Shown here: positions 1 through 11,899 of the stretch, piece by piece
Layout of the letters: every line of letters begins with the position of its first letter
How positions within the stretch are numbered: position 1 is the first letter of the stretch
Assembly: GCA_036172245.1 (NCBI GenBank)
Contig: JAYWIR010000028.1
Span: 620,001-684,000, forward strand
Origin: Raillietiella orientalis
Lineage: Eukaryota
Reading direction: 5' to 3'
Length of the DNA: 64,000 nucleotides
Made by a program: the position numbers and the translations under genes
Notes under the pieces: generated by a model
The model's database searches: none
Told to the model about the DNA's origin: nothing
What the model saw: only the letters and a program-made list of their open reading frames with translations

Positions 1-849
1 ATACCGGAATGCCCTGCCGATTAATTAAGATAAATAAATAACATTTTAAAATTAGGGCATGAACGAAAGGGATGAGGGTGGGGCATTTCCATCGTTTTCA
101 CAGCCTCTTTCTCACCACAAAAATGCGGAATGCTTCACGGTTCGCGTGCCGTGCTTGCGCAGGAGCCACGTTAGTCTCTGCACAGTTCCAGCTTCATTGT
201 ACGCGCAGAAGACGCATTTGTTTATTTATTCATTCGAGCTATTAACCGATACAAGCTGGAGAATCGTGGAATTCCAGAGTAAAACTATGTTCCTAAGCAA
301 AATAAATGAATAAAAGATACAATAAGAACAAGCCCGATATCTGTCGCTCTGAGACGATAGGAGCCGACTTCTCTCCGGGAATAAAACTAGAGAGGGCGTG
401 GAGGGTGAGCAGGAAGGATCACTAAATAAACAAGTAAATAAGCGCAAGACGGATCGGCTTTATGATAGAGAACGTGATTCCTGATGCCCTGCATCAAACA
501 GGGACTGGAGGGGAAGACCTATGGCTCTGTCGTCGGTGATGACCTGGTCTGCCTTCTTGCACTAAGACTCCCTCTAATTGCGTCTTCAGCTTGAACACGG
601 ACCCTCTTCATGTCGCAGGAGGGGAACAGAATTTTCCCCCGGGCGGAGACATATCGGATATCACCGTTGCTTGTACGTGGCAAAGGTATCCGGGGAGGAG
701 GTGGCTGCTAATACCGAAGGGGTAAAACTTCTAAACAAGTCCTGCCGTACATCTGCAGGAAGTAGGAATGCTCCTGATGGAACCTTTGGATCACTCCAGA
801 AGTAGAGCGAGCGGTTTCGGCGATTCCGCAAGGGCACGCGCGAACGTGC

Positions 850-1250
850 GCGTGAATTGCACGAGGAGGAGTCGCCTGGATCATCTGCCAAGGTGAAGCA
901 GTTGGAGGAAACCTGCGACAGCGGCTGGAGCCGCAACAAGAAGTGGAGGGAACACGTGCCTCCACCCTCAGATAAATGCTGGTGTTCTTGTTTCAGGGGA
1001 GGAACCAGGGTGGCAGCGTTCCTGCTGAGTGCACCACCAGTGACGATTGCGACAGGAAGGAGCAAGCACGCCTCGTTCCTCCGCGTCTGCCAATGACTCT
1101 TCCACAGCTCCTTGTTCCGGAACACATCAGATGAGACAATTCAGCATCATGCCGAACCATCTAATCTGAAGAGGGGTAATGCAACCCTCCCTCATCCGCT
1201 GGATTTCAGTAAACTACTGGATTCTAAAGTGCATTCTTGAAACCCTGTTC
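850..1250 (+). mobile_element. Possible old remnant of the Tx1-like ORF2 post-RT region
   Basis: SSAKVKQLEETCDSGWSRN resembles YSAWKQETCQGWTKRN and SSAWLEETAGTWAKLN in the 55-60 kb copies; weak. Confidence 0.25.
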
Positions 1251-2489
1251 TCGCTGCATCCCGGGATCCGTATCTCAATCTCAGATGATCCCTTGAGCTT
1301 GCTTTTCCATCGTCTTTTTCTAAACTTTCTTTTCTTGTTAGAGAACGACGGTGCAGTATCTGTCCTGGGTGAGCGGTTTCTCAGGATCGGACTCACAACT
1401 CTCACTACATTTTAGTGATGTGCTACCATTGGTCAGATGAAGATCGAGAGCAGTAATTAAAGGTCCTCAATTCCTTAATGGTTATTGGCGTACTTTCGCT
1501 GAGATCTCATTCCCTTTGCGCGTGAACGGGAAACCAAATCCTACAAAGATAATTTTCGATGCAGTTCATCATTTTCCTGCTCTGAATTTCATGGTGATTT
1601 GAAAAAATGGGAAGCAAAAACATTTCTAGACAGAGATACGAAAAACCATTTTCTGGATGTTGGAATTTTCTGGATTCTGTTCATTTGCTCAAAATCAGAG
1701 CATTGCTCACACTGCAGCTTTCGGTCCACGGACTCAACGATATATTTGAAAAACGTGGGATGGGAAACGCCGGACTCCACGTCGGTTCAATGCGTTCCCT
1801 ATAGCGAGTAATCGGAAAGGAAGTTTATCAGTGGATTTGGCAAAGCCAAAGCTCGACTATATGTTCGCGGACCCACGTCCGAATTCTTTGTGTTGTTCTC
1901 TGAGAGGAAGCCAACTCTCATTTAGGGGAAGCGGGAGAACAAACTCGAGAAATCCCCTGAAAATTCCAAGTGTCAGACCAAGAAGCCTAATAAGAAGCTC
2001 AGATAGTGCATCACATTATGCAATGTCTGAAGAAGTAGCATCGTCTGACTGTGTGTTCCGACAAAACACCCAGAGAAATCAAGTTTCAGCTCTTGCACGT
2101 CGGCTGTCAGCACTGTCACGTGGCGTATTGCTTAACACACTGAGAAAAGACTGAAAGAAACTTTGCTTCTTGTTCTTCCTGGTTCTGTCCGGCACGTTTG
2201 CCTGAGCAACCAGCGCTGCCACTCGAGCTATTCCTTTCCGAGGGAAGGCATCGAGGAAAACAGTGCCTAACGGATTTGGAAAGAACTCGACCAGCACGGG
2301 CCCTGTCGGCCCAGCAGATGATCTGTCTCTACATCTTCGGTTGGCAATCTCAATGAAAATCGACTTAGGAGCTATCCGTGTGGAAGAAATCGAAGAAAGC
2401 GCTGGCGTGGGACGAACACGAGAGAGGCAAGAAGGAAGACTCAAAGTTGGACATGATTAAAGCAACGAGGGTCCAGAAGACATCATTAG

Positions 2490-2720
2490 CACTCGCTTGA
2501 GGTGGATTTATCTGCTTTTATATTTTGGGGATCCGTACGAATTCATCCTACGCTTAAAGAACGAGCAGAACATATATCCGTTCCTGATGGGAAAGTAGCA
2601 CAGGAAATAGGGAGAGGCTTCCAGAGGACTTGGTACCGCTTATTTCCTGATGGACAAGAATTAGCTTTTTTAGACCACAAGAAGATTTAAGGCTGCAGAG
2701 GTCGAAAGTTACTCGGAACT
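2490..2720 (+). mobile_element. Decayed non-LTR RT remnant
   Basis: LEVDLSAF...RIHPTLKERAEHISVPDG...RLFPDG resembles the RT DLSKAFD.V.H..L...G segment; recognised by eye only. Confidence 0.3.
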
Positions 2721-3509
2721 TCCTAACTTAACATTGCAAGCCGTGATTGTGTGCTCTGGGAACATCTATGATCATATTCTTGTTTTTGTTTTTCGAATAA
2801 AATGCAAGCATATGGAAATATGCAACAGATCTTGCAGATAAAAACAAATGGCGGGTAAAGTTACCTAATTTTGTTGCAATTATGGAAGATGAATTGCTGA
2901 CATCGAGGGAATCGTGGAATACACGGGACGGAACTATGTTCTCGAGTGATATCATTATCTTCAGGGTACCACCGTTTGCATGCAGCACTGGAGCCGAATC
3001 AAGCAAAGTTCTCCGCAAACTTCCCTGGTCTTCCCGTTTTCAGCATGGGAAGAAAATGCTACCGCTGCTGCCAAACTCACAATGATGAATGCAGAGTGCG
3101 TGAAAATTAACTTCCTGTCCACACATTCCACAGAACATGCTGCCATGATGTGAACTTCAAACTCCTTTCTCAGACTCTCCACGTGCACTTTGGTGTGTTC
3201 ACTTCAACCGTTTTCTTTTTTTTTTTTCGACGAAGAATGCCTAGCACATTTCAAGATACGTCCTGAATGCTTAGCATCAGCTTTTTTCAGGCCTCAAGCG
3301 AGCGAAGCAATTTGTTCTGGAGTTCTGGATCTTCCTTTTGTGGATGTGAGCACGTGTAATTAACTGGCTAATGTGGTTCACACTTGAAGGAACTGTTCAC
3401 CTAAAAGTTAAAAGATCAATCCCTTTAAACAAAAGAAACGCCCTAGTTTTCGACAAAGTGCTAAGCAGGGATATTTCTTTTCGAACGGAGTATACTTCTT
3501 CCCTTCCAG

Positions 3510-3900
3510 CTCATGTCCACAAATGACCAAGAGGCTCTTGCCGAACTAAGGAATTTTCATCTTCGGCCTTGTTCCATGCCCACATCTTTTTACTCGGCGT
3601 CGTATTCTGTGTCACCATCAAGTGAGGCTGAAGTACATCTCGCCGCGCTGCAGACGGAAAAATTTGACAAGCACCTGAGGCAGCTTGGTGACTGAGAAGC
3701 CACTTTGAAGTGATGTGCAATACGTCTTGAGAATATCAATTTGTGTCTTGAAAACTTTGATTCAAAGATCAACGATAGCATCTTGATCGAAGATCTAATG
3801 TCGAACTGCAGCAAGAAACGTAATAGATCTACTGCATCAAGAATCAAATTGAACATAGAACAGCAATTGAGCACCCCATTCCAGATCAACAAATCGAGTT
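3510..3900 (+). mobile_element. Decayed L1/Tx1-like RT remnant
   Basis: KINDSILIEDLM...ASRIKLNIEQ resembles GR.I.DNILI...A.KLD.EKA. Confidence 0.35.
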
Positions 3901-4004
3901 CATTAGGTGACCCACAGCTTAATGATCGCTGTTACACTTCTCGGTCAATTCGTTCAGAACTCAGACGGAATGAATTTGATAAACGGCATCTCTGCTGAGA
4001 CGGG

Positions 4005-4770
4005 TACGAACTAGCGACTCATCTGACCCGCGTCGGAGGCCGTGTGGTTACGGTGGTCTCCGCGCGTGGCACCATGCGTCGTGGGTCCCGAGTTCACCCC
4101 ACAAGATGACTCTGGTCGGCCTACGCTCATCCGGGTGCGGCACTGGCAGCGGCTAAAAGCGGATGCCCCCCCCCCCCCCGATGAAGGCCGGGACAAATGG
4201 GAGTCGACCTTCGGGTCCTTCCAGGAATCACGGAGTGTGAGTTCTCCTCCGGTTGTGAAGGAGAGGACCCCCATTCCGGGGGAGACCTCTCGCCTCGTAC
4301 TGATCGAGTAGGTGTGTCGCCAACACCTCTCCAGAGAGTGCAGAGAAGTGAGCCGATCCCTTCGGGGATTCTGAGTCCTTCTGGATTTCGGTAGCGTCCC
4401 TTCTGGGTTCTCTTCAGAAGAGTAAAAACAGGAGCGGATCCCTTGCGGGGGATCCCTCCGGAGAAGAAATTCCAGGATCGGATCCTTTCCGAGTTCCCTT
4501 CAGAAAAGAAAGAATGGAGCAGACTCCTCCGGGGTTCCTCCGGAGAGAATGAGGAAGGAGATTCTCTTCAGGGTTCCCCTTCGGAGACAACCAGGGTGGA
4601 ATTCTGATCCATCTCCCCTTTCCAGGGGGATTCCTTCCCCGGCGTGAGAGGAACGGACTCCAAGTCCTTCCTGGATTCATAAGGCGGACCCCTCCCGGGG
4701 CACCCTCTATCTTGAAGAATTACCCACTCTCGGGTGGCGTGGAATTGTGTCGAAGAACTGCGAAGACAGA
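4005..4770 (+). mobile_element. Repeat with tRNA-like head and hairpin-unit array (SINE-like), copy 1
   Basis: Colinear with 58801-59555 (shared cccgcgtcggaggc, gtggcaccatgcg, gaccttcgggtc, ccctccggagaagaaattcc, cagggttccccttcggagacaaccagggtgg, gcgtgagaggaacggactcc) and with the reverse complement of 54190-54812. Confidence 0.75.
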
Positions 4771-5509
4771 AAAGAAGGATTTCCACCATACTGCTCCACT
4801 TGGGGAGTCTGAAGCATTACTTCCTCCATGAACGGTCCTTGGTTCGATCTCACAGCTTGTTTTCGATTTTACTACAGTGTTATAAAAGTTCTTGGGCACT
4901 CATACCCTCGCAAAGGAACCAGGAAGAACCCATTTCAGCTGAATTGAAACTTGCACCGTAAACCAACACTTTTGATGGTGTCGTGTAACATTCTGCTTAC
5001 GTACACTTTGACCACCTTAATATTCGGAAATGAAAATATCCCACGTTCAACAAGCCAACTCTAAAAACACCAACCGTTCCACTGCCTTTATACGTATGCA
5101 TGCTCTTCGAGATTATGCTTTCGCAAGTATTGAAATTCTCGAGTTTGGTTTCAAATTATGTATTTTAAATTGCATTTCAATTCTAAGAGGCCGCCTACTA
5201 ACAGGTCTGAAATGAACATATCAAGAGAGTCTACTTCATAACTGGTGCCATCGTATCCATGGCAGACTAAAGTGAGATATAACCACCAAATGAGATCGAT
5301 TCTCATTCAAGCTTTTTAAAAAATCATATGATGCCAGGAATCGGTATGGCTCTCATCACATCTGCTTGATACAAGCTCAGCCTCACTTATCCCTCATGTA
5401 CCACGGCGGGTCTCATCGAGACATCGAGTGAATGCACGCATTAAAAATAATTGCTGCTAATGTTTCCGAAAAAGAAATGTTCACAACAGCGGATCGCTGA
5501 GTCTGTTTA

Positions 5510-5720
5510 AGAAGATGAACTGGAACACTGAGGAAGGAACACTAGGAACACTGAGATTATTAATAAAATGAATTCCAAGAATAATACAATTATGTAATCC
5601 AAAACGGGCAAAAGATCGAGTTCAACTGTATGCCTGCCGAATCTTGCAAAGGATTTCGAAGAGGCCATCCAGAGAAACAAAGCCGCAATGCTTCGCATAA
5701 CTTGGAATCATATCCAAGAT
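5510..5720 (+). mobile_element. Decayed non-LTR RT remnant
   Basis: GRNTRNTEII...VCLPNLAKDFE resembles GRST...V.LDLAKAFD. Confidence 0.3.
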
Positions 5721-6121
5721 AAGTGTTTCCCTTCTAAGTTACCGAATATTACAGCGCATAAACAACCATACCTTTGCAAACAGATCAAATTAACAAAATA
5801 TGATTGTTTGTTCTCAGCACACAAATCTGTTCAAGTGACTGACATGTCACCGGCTCCCAAATCTCACAGTGGATTCAACTCGTGTGATGCCACTGGATAA
5901 ATGTCATTCAACTGGCTTGTTAAAATCTTCATTAAGGAAATCTCTCCTTAATCTGTCAGAAGGATGGGCGAATGAAACCATCCACATAACTGTCTGAAAT
6001 TCTTTTGCAGAACAGTGCCATCCCTACTCTATTAAAAATACAGCAAATCCTCTAATTCCCTACTGTGATCATATGATTTCAAGAGTTCTTGCATTTGCTG
6101 CTACTGATTTTCAACTATCCG

Positions 6122-6127
6122 TTTATT
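6122..6127 (-). promoter_or_regulatory. Candidate polyadenylation signal of SET8
   Basis: AATAAA on the minus strand about 390 nt downstream of the stop codon; the AT-rich context makes a chance match possible. Confidence 0.3.
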
Positions 6128-6515
6128 TGCTTGAAAATGTACAAAAATTCCCTTCAAATGAAAAAAACTAGTATCACTGGGGCAAGTGCACTGCAAAGAC
6201 AAAACTACAATCTTTCGGCTCTGCAAAAGTATACAATAAGACACTTGCATGAATTACTCGAAAATCATCTAAAAAACACCGAATTATTGCCCATGTGTAG
6301 TACCAGTTTGATTTTCTATGACTAAATGAAATGAAAAAAACTTATAGATGAGATTAACTTCATCAAAACTAGAGATCATGACTAATTTAAGAAATTTGGA
6401 TGTCTCAGATCACCAGTTTTTCATAATGAAAAGCACTTTTAGAAACTGTCCTAAAGTATATATTCTAAAAAATAAGTTACAAGCCTAAGTTTTGGTTTAA
6501 GTCTTCTTTGTATGC

Positions 6516-7237
6516 CTAAGTAGTCAGCCATGGATGATTCAATAAAGATTGCTTGCTTCGATCACCATAATCATAAAGGAGTTCTTCTCCTGGCTGAATA
6601 TTCTGAGAAGCTAGAAAAATAATATGAGGTTTGCCACCTATACTGAAAGTACGTGGGACAAGATTGAAATCATTACGACTATGATTGATAAGTCGTCCCA
6701 TACGTCCTGATTCTTCCGTTGCATCAACACTGAAAAGGTGTATGAAAACAGTCACAAAGTAAATCACTTACCAATACTTGCGACCACAAAAAGAAAAATA
6801 ATACATGTAAGAACCAACACGAGCATCTTTCATGTAATGTCTTTCTCTAGATTGTGCCTCTTCCATATCAATAAGATCTCCACTATATTCTACAACAAAC
6901 TCTCCTTTATAAAATGGGCGTGTAGTCACCACTCCTCTGCCCTTCATCGGAAATAAACGCATCTATACAGAAAGTTGCAGTATTTCATGATTGTACACCT
7001 CACCTGCAAACCATCTTCTTGCATGTGAAGAATAGCATCTTCAATGGTTTTATCACGTTCTGCCTGAATTGTGACTGTTGTTTTCCGACTACTTCTCCTT
7101 ACAGGAAAATATCCTGTTAACGGTCTCTCTTTCAGTTTCTGCTGCTTGTGTTGTTTGGTTGATGAAAGGAATTCAGATATATTAAGACCCGGGCTCTGGA
7201 TGTAATGAGGTGGCGAAGGTACAGAATTGTCTGACAT
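6516..7237 (-). CDS. PR-Set7: Histone H4K20 monomethyltransferase SET8/PR-Set7/KMT5A; join(7004..7237, 6772..6962, 6516..6729), 212 aa from the ATG at 7237, possibly 5'-partial
   Basis: The spliced translation has SET8 signatures: PIP-degron region LTGYFPVRRSSRK, KGRGVV, GEFVVEYSGDLI, GSYMYYF, YCVDATEESGRMGRLINHS, GEELLYDYGDRS, C-terminal HPWL. GT..AG introns 6963-7003 (41 nt) and 6730-6771 (42 nt) restore the conserved frame. The ATG at 7237 directly follows a ttttttgttag acceptor, so upstream exons probably exist. Confidence 0.95.
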
Positions 7238-7499
7238 CTAACAAAAAAGCAAACTCAACAAGCCAATCCATGCTCAGGATATTACAAAATCATAAACTGA
7301 TGACACAGTATTATTTAAAAGTGAAGTACAACTTGTTTTGTGAACAGATTATTTTATAGATTTATTATGTTCTTGAAAAATAAACTGAAAAGGTGAATGT
7401 AGATCAACAACCTTGCCTTTATTCATCACTTTAAAATAAACTGCACCATGCCAATACTTTGCATATGATCCAGCAACAACACTTAAAAATATAACTTAC

Positions 7500-7545
7500 T
7501 TCTACATGAGAAATACAGAGAAATACTGGAATAGATGGTTTTATT
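7500..7545 (-). CDS. Candidate upstream exon of SET8 (IKPSIPVFLCISHVE)
   Basis: 46-nt segment between a tttcag acceptor and a gtaagt donor, open and ending in phase 0, compatible with the 7237 exon. No homology support. Confidence 0.3.
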
Positions 7546-10500
7546 CTGAAATTGCAATTACCAGATTATTAAAAGACAGTTTAAACAATGATAAATGCAA
7601 TACATGTTACTTGATGGGCAAATTTTCTTTGCATTTTCCATGTTAATTATTTCTTTTTCATCATGAATCATGAATTTTTCTGATTGCATTCAAGTTTTCA
7701 TGCTCCAATAAAAAATTGGTTATGATATGAAAAGCTTTAGGAGTGTTTCAGAAGTTATCTAACTGTATTGGATTTTATATCTTAAGCACAACACATTCCT
7801 TTAAAAATGAGAATTAACTCATGGCAATTCACTAACATCATTTTCATAACTATACTGAAATTTCAATATTAATCTCAAGTTCCCAAAGTTCTAGACGATT
7901 GTTCTTTTTCGATAAATTATGGAAAAATGAGCTTTCAATGTGATAACTGATTTATAATTGGGGCATGAAAACTTGATTATCTGTAACTGACACATCCTAT
8001 AAACTCATAATGTATATCAAGAGGAAAAATGCCACTTTAACTGGAATCACACTCATAATGTACATCAAGGTTTATGAAAAGAAAGAAAGAACCAACTGGA
8101 AAAGTATGGAGATACTGAAGCACAGGGGAACTAGAAAATTTCTGGCTTCAAGGTATACTGATGATGCTGACAGTCATCAAGCAAAGTGAAAAACAGGTAA
8201 TAAAAATGAAATATTACATGCTCATTATTTGGAACCTATAATTCCTGTTCTGGATTTCTGTGAACAAGCCCTCACTTGGAGATATTCTAATTACAATTAG
8301 AAAATGGCTTCAAAAATTCAATAGCAAACCCCCCGAAAAATTCATCATGAGTGACTGGACACTGGAATCACGAGTTCTTATTTTTATTATGTTCATACCC
8401 GTGTTCAAATGACTACATAAAAAATATAGTTACATGTATGAAACTATGGGCTAACCAGGGTAGAAAGATAATACGACTCCAAGTGATTATGCTAAGTAAG
8501 CTACTTTTTTGGCCAAATTAGCCAATTTAGCTGTTAGCCAAAGAAAATGTCTGTGTATAGGCCGAGAAAAGCTGTTATTTTCCCATAGAACACTACAGGA
8601 ACCGTTTCTTAACCAAAAAAAAATAGCAAAAAGTTATATGGCATTTCTCAAAGCATAAGACAAATTAATAAAACACATCGTGCAATTTAATTAATATTTG
8701 TTGTATATGATAATTTTGCTCTCGGCCCATGTGAGTCCAAACATTTGAAAATTAATGGATTTTTTTCCATCATTAAATAAAGTAAATAAAAATCTTTGGG
8801 TATATGTTAATCTATTTAAACAAAACACTAATTTAATTTACGTGCAAATGACATCTTTGAACGTGGCGGAAGATATTTTATTACCAAATATCACCAAACA
8901 AATAATACCCAAAGAATGTCTACTGTATAAACTATTCAAAGAAATCACATAATAGCAAAAAAGAAAAAAAATGAAAACTTCGGTTTGCATATTGTACATG
9001 TTAACAGATTTACAAAATATGTACGACTAGTATACAAAATTCTGCAAGGAGGATATCAAAAGTGATTTTGTTAGAATATACCACTGAATAATAACGGGAA
9101 AATCATACGAAGAAACAATGCTTTTTAAATTACTGCAACATACGAAATATATCATGACAAACATGAAAACATCAACTTACTTTTTTCATTAATAATTTCA
9201 CTTATTAATACACATTTAGTTTTATATTTTCCTTTCACCCAAAAGACATTTATTTGCCTCGAAAACCAACTCATAAATGCTAAGATTTACTACGCTTTCA
9301 GACTGTGCGCCTTTTCATTAATTACCACTGAAATGAGATCGAGGCTGAACATCAAAATTCAAGTAGCTCAGCCCAGGGATACCAACTGCAACAGATTGCT
9401 TAATATCATTGAAAACAAAATCAATCAATAAATTAATCACAACTGTCTATAGAAACTTCAAATTAAAGAAGTCCTCAATCACAAAGACTGTTCGTTCTTC
9501 GTCACTCTAGTTCTTTTTGACAGTTTTACTCATTTTCGACTGACTAGTTTTGAAAGAAACGCTTTAATAGTCATTAAGAGAATTCTCATTATGTGAATAC
9601 TTTCAAAATTTGGAAGCAGAATATGATAGAAAAAACACAAATGAGAATCAAATTCTATAAAAGACTTGTGTTTTCATACTACATTTTATTCTTAATGGTA
9701 CTGTCTGAGATGATCATTTGATTATATGAAAATGGTAAAAGACAATTTCTGAACGGTTAAATCTTTACAAAGTAGTCACTTTGATGAAAAAAGCAAACTG
9801 TGTTAGAATGATAATCATATAAATATAAAGAAATGGGAATATGTTACAAATAAGTGATGGATATTGATAACAATGAGACTAGGTTTTCATCTTAGGAATT
9901 TTTCATATTTGAACATTGCAGCAAGATGAATAAGTCGGAAGTAAGGACTTTCTCAAGTTCCATTGCTCTTTAAATTTCCGCATATTTGCATTTTTTGATT
10001 CATCAGATGAAGTAGAAATTTTAGGATTCGCTCCAAACATTAATCGGTCCCCATAAGACAAATATTTTTGCATTTTTGTATGTCATTTCTGTTCTCTTAA
10101 AAGATCAGAATTTAGAGGTACAAGAAACGTATTTAGACGGAAAATAAGAAATGGACAAGTTTTTTTTTTTTTAGTTGCATTATAATTAGTGATCGTTTTA
10201 TGGCAAATATTTCAGCAGTTAGCATTCGTTTGTTTTGCATTTTGTATGATTTTTCCATTATAATTCAATAGTATAATTCCCGAGATTTTTACTTTGATGT
10301 GTTCTGCTATTTCAAGACAGAAATCAGCACATAGAATGAAGTACTAAGCCAACGTACAAAAAAGAATACCATTTATCATTTAAATTGAGCGAAGATGTTT
10401 GTCATCTCAAAACTTATTCTTTGTCCACTCCACTTTTTCATCCTTACTCCTAATACAAACATCCAGAACCAGACAGCATGTAAACTTAAAAGCTGAAATG

Positions 10501-10922
10501 CTCTAAATAGAGAGAAAGTTTTTGAATCCAACGTATGCAATGTGCACAAGCATAGAGGCATAGCTGCAAGAGTAACTGTTAGTAACTTTATGAACGCAAA
10601 TGAAGTGTAGTAATGCTTTTTAAAGGTCAACCTTAGTAAGTGCATTCCATTCGCTAGGAGGAAAGCGACATTCCAAGTACAATTAGTTGCATTATCCCAA
10701 ATGAAAGGTGATGCTAAAAACAAAATTAACAGACATCTTTATCGTAGGTGGACTGCCGAAAGTCAAGGTGGTTTTTAACATTCCCACTCCAATGCTGAAT
10801 GATTTGTTTCCATTTATTAGAAGCAGAAGGAAGACGTGGAGAAAATGATGTAACATTGAGACAGGGCTGATTTTTCATACTCAGGATGTCAAGCGATTCT
10901 TTGCGGACGCTGGAACTCCTGT

Positions 10923-11778
10923 TTTGAGTGAGCCAAGACATCTACCGTCTCAATTATATAGCTTTTAGATTTATGGAAGAAAACGAAGTTGAGGGTGCGA
11001 GTGTAATAGGGCGCTTCGAAGGGATGAGTTATAAAATGGATGGGGGTCGATTAGCGCGAAGTTGGCTTGCCACTGATAAATAGTGGTAGTGAACACTTTA
11101 ACGAAGAAGTCATTAACTTGTGGCTCATTACTGACGATGACAAAAACTGTCGTGCATGCTTGGAAGTTGAAAATGCACACATTACAACCAGTAATGCTGG
11201 ATGGTCTTTTCATTTTCAGTGTACACTTCTTATTAAACCGCTCGACCAGTCACAAAGCTCGTTATTACAATCGAAATTTAATTTTTAAATGCTAATGATT
11301 TGAATTGGGGATGCACAGCATGCTGATAAAGCTTTTTGCTACAGCTCTTAATGTACGCTTGCAATGACATAAACGCTTTGGTTTAATTCAGTTACAGACA
11401 GCAATCAAAATGCTTTATGGTGTGGATGTGTTAAATTGCTTGTTATCTCATCACATCTGCCATTTTTCATAACATTTACCATCACATGTTCAAGAAACAA
11501 TTTTAAACATAGTGAACTGGATGAATGCTTGATTGCATAGAACGTTAATGAACATCTGACATTCTATAACATAGTAAGGGTCGGCAGTGCGTGTAAAAAG
11601 AAAAAAAAAAATACGCCCTTTATCAAAAATTAGGTGGCGGATTTGAATGTTTGAATAGAGAACTCCTTCGTAGCAATTCTTCTCACAATGCACATTATAT
11701 TCTCACCCTCAACTTCGTTTTCTGCCATAAATCTAAAAGCTATATAATTGAGACGATAGAAGTCTCAGCTCACTTAAA
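10923..11778. mobile_element. Non-coding element with long inverted repeats (MITE/foldback-like)
   Basis: 10941-11007 is the reverse complement of 11694-11760 with 5 mismatches in 67 nt. Similarity continues outward to about 10923/11778 and weakly beyond. No transposase and no clear TSD. Confidence 0.65.
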
Positions 11779-11899
11779 GTGCCAGATGGTAATCGGAGCT
11801 TCCGCGTTTAATGCTTACATCATCTAAAGCAAGATGAAAGTCATTGCAAACTTGCTGGGGGGAGGGGGGGGGGGGGAGAATGGGATCTCCCACATTTTC

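Noticed and set aside
4351..4600. CRISPR-like array
   Set aside because: Units are degenerate tandem copies without unique spacers; the context is eukaryotic with no cas genes.
4734..4961. RT-like ORF next to repeat copy 1
   Set aside because: Its first part aligns with the non-coding tail of repeat copy 3 and the motif similarity is too weak.
8003..8069. 19-bp direct repeat (actcataatgta(t/c)atcaag)
   Set aside because: Only two copies in AT-rich DNA; most simply a small local duplication.
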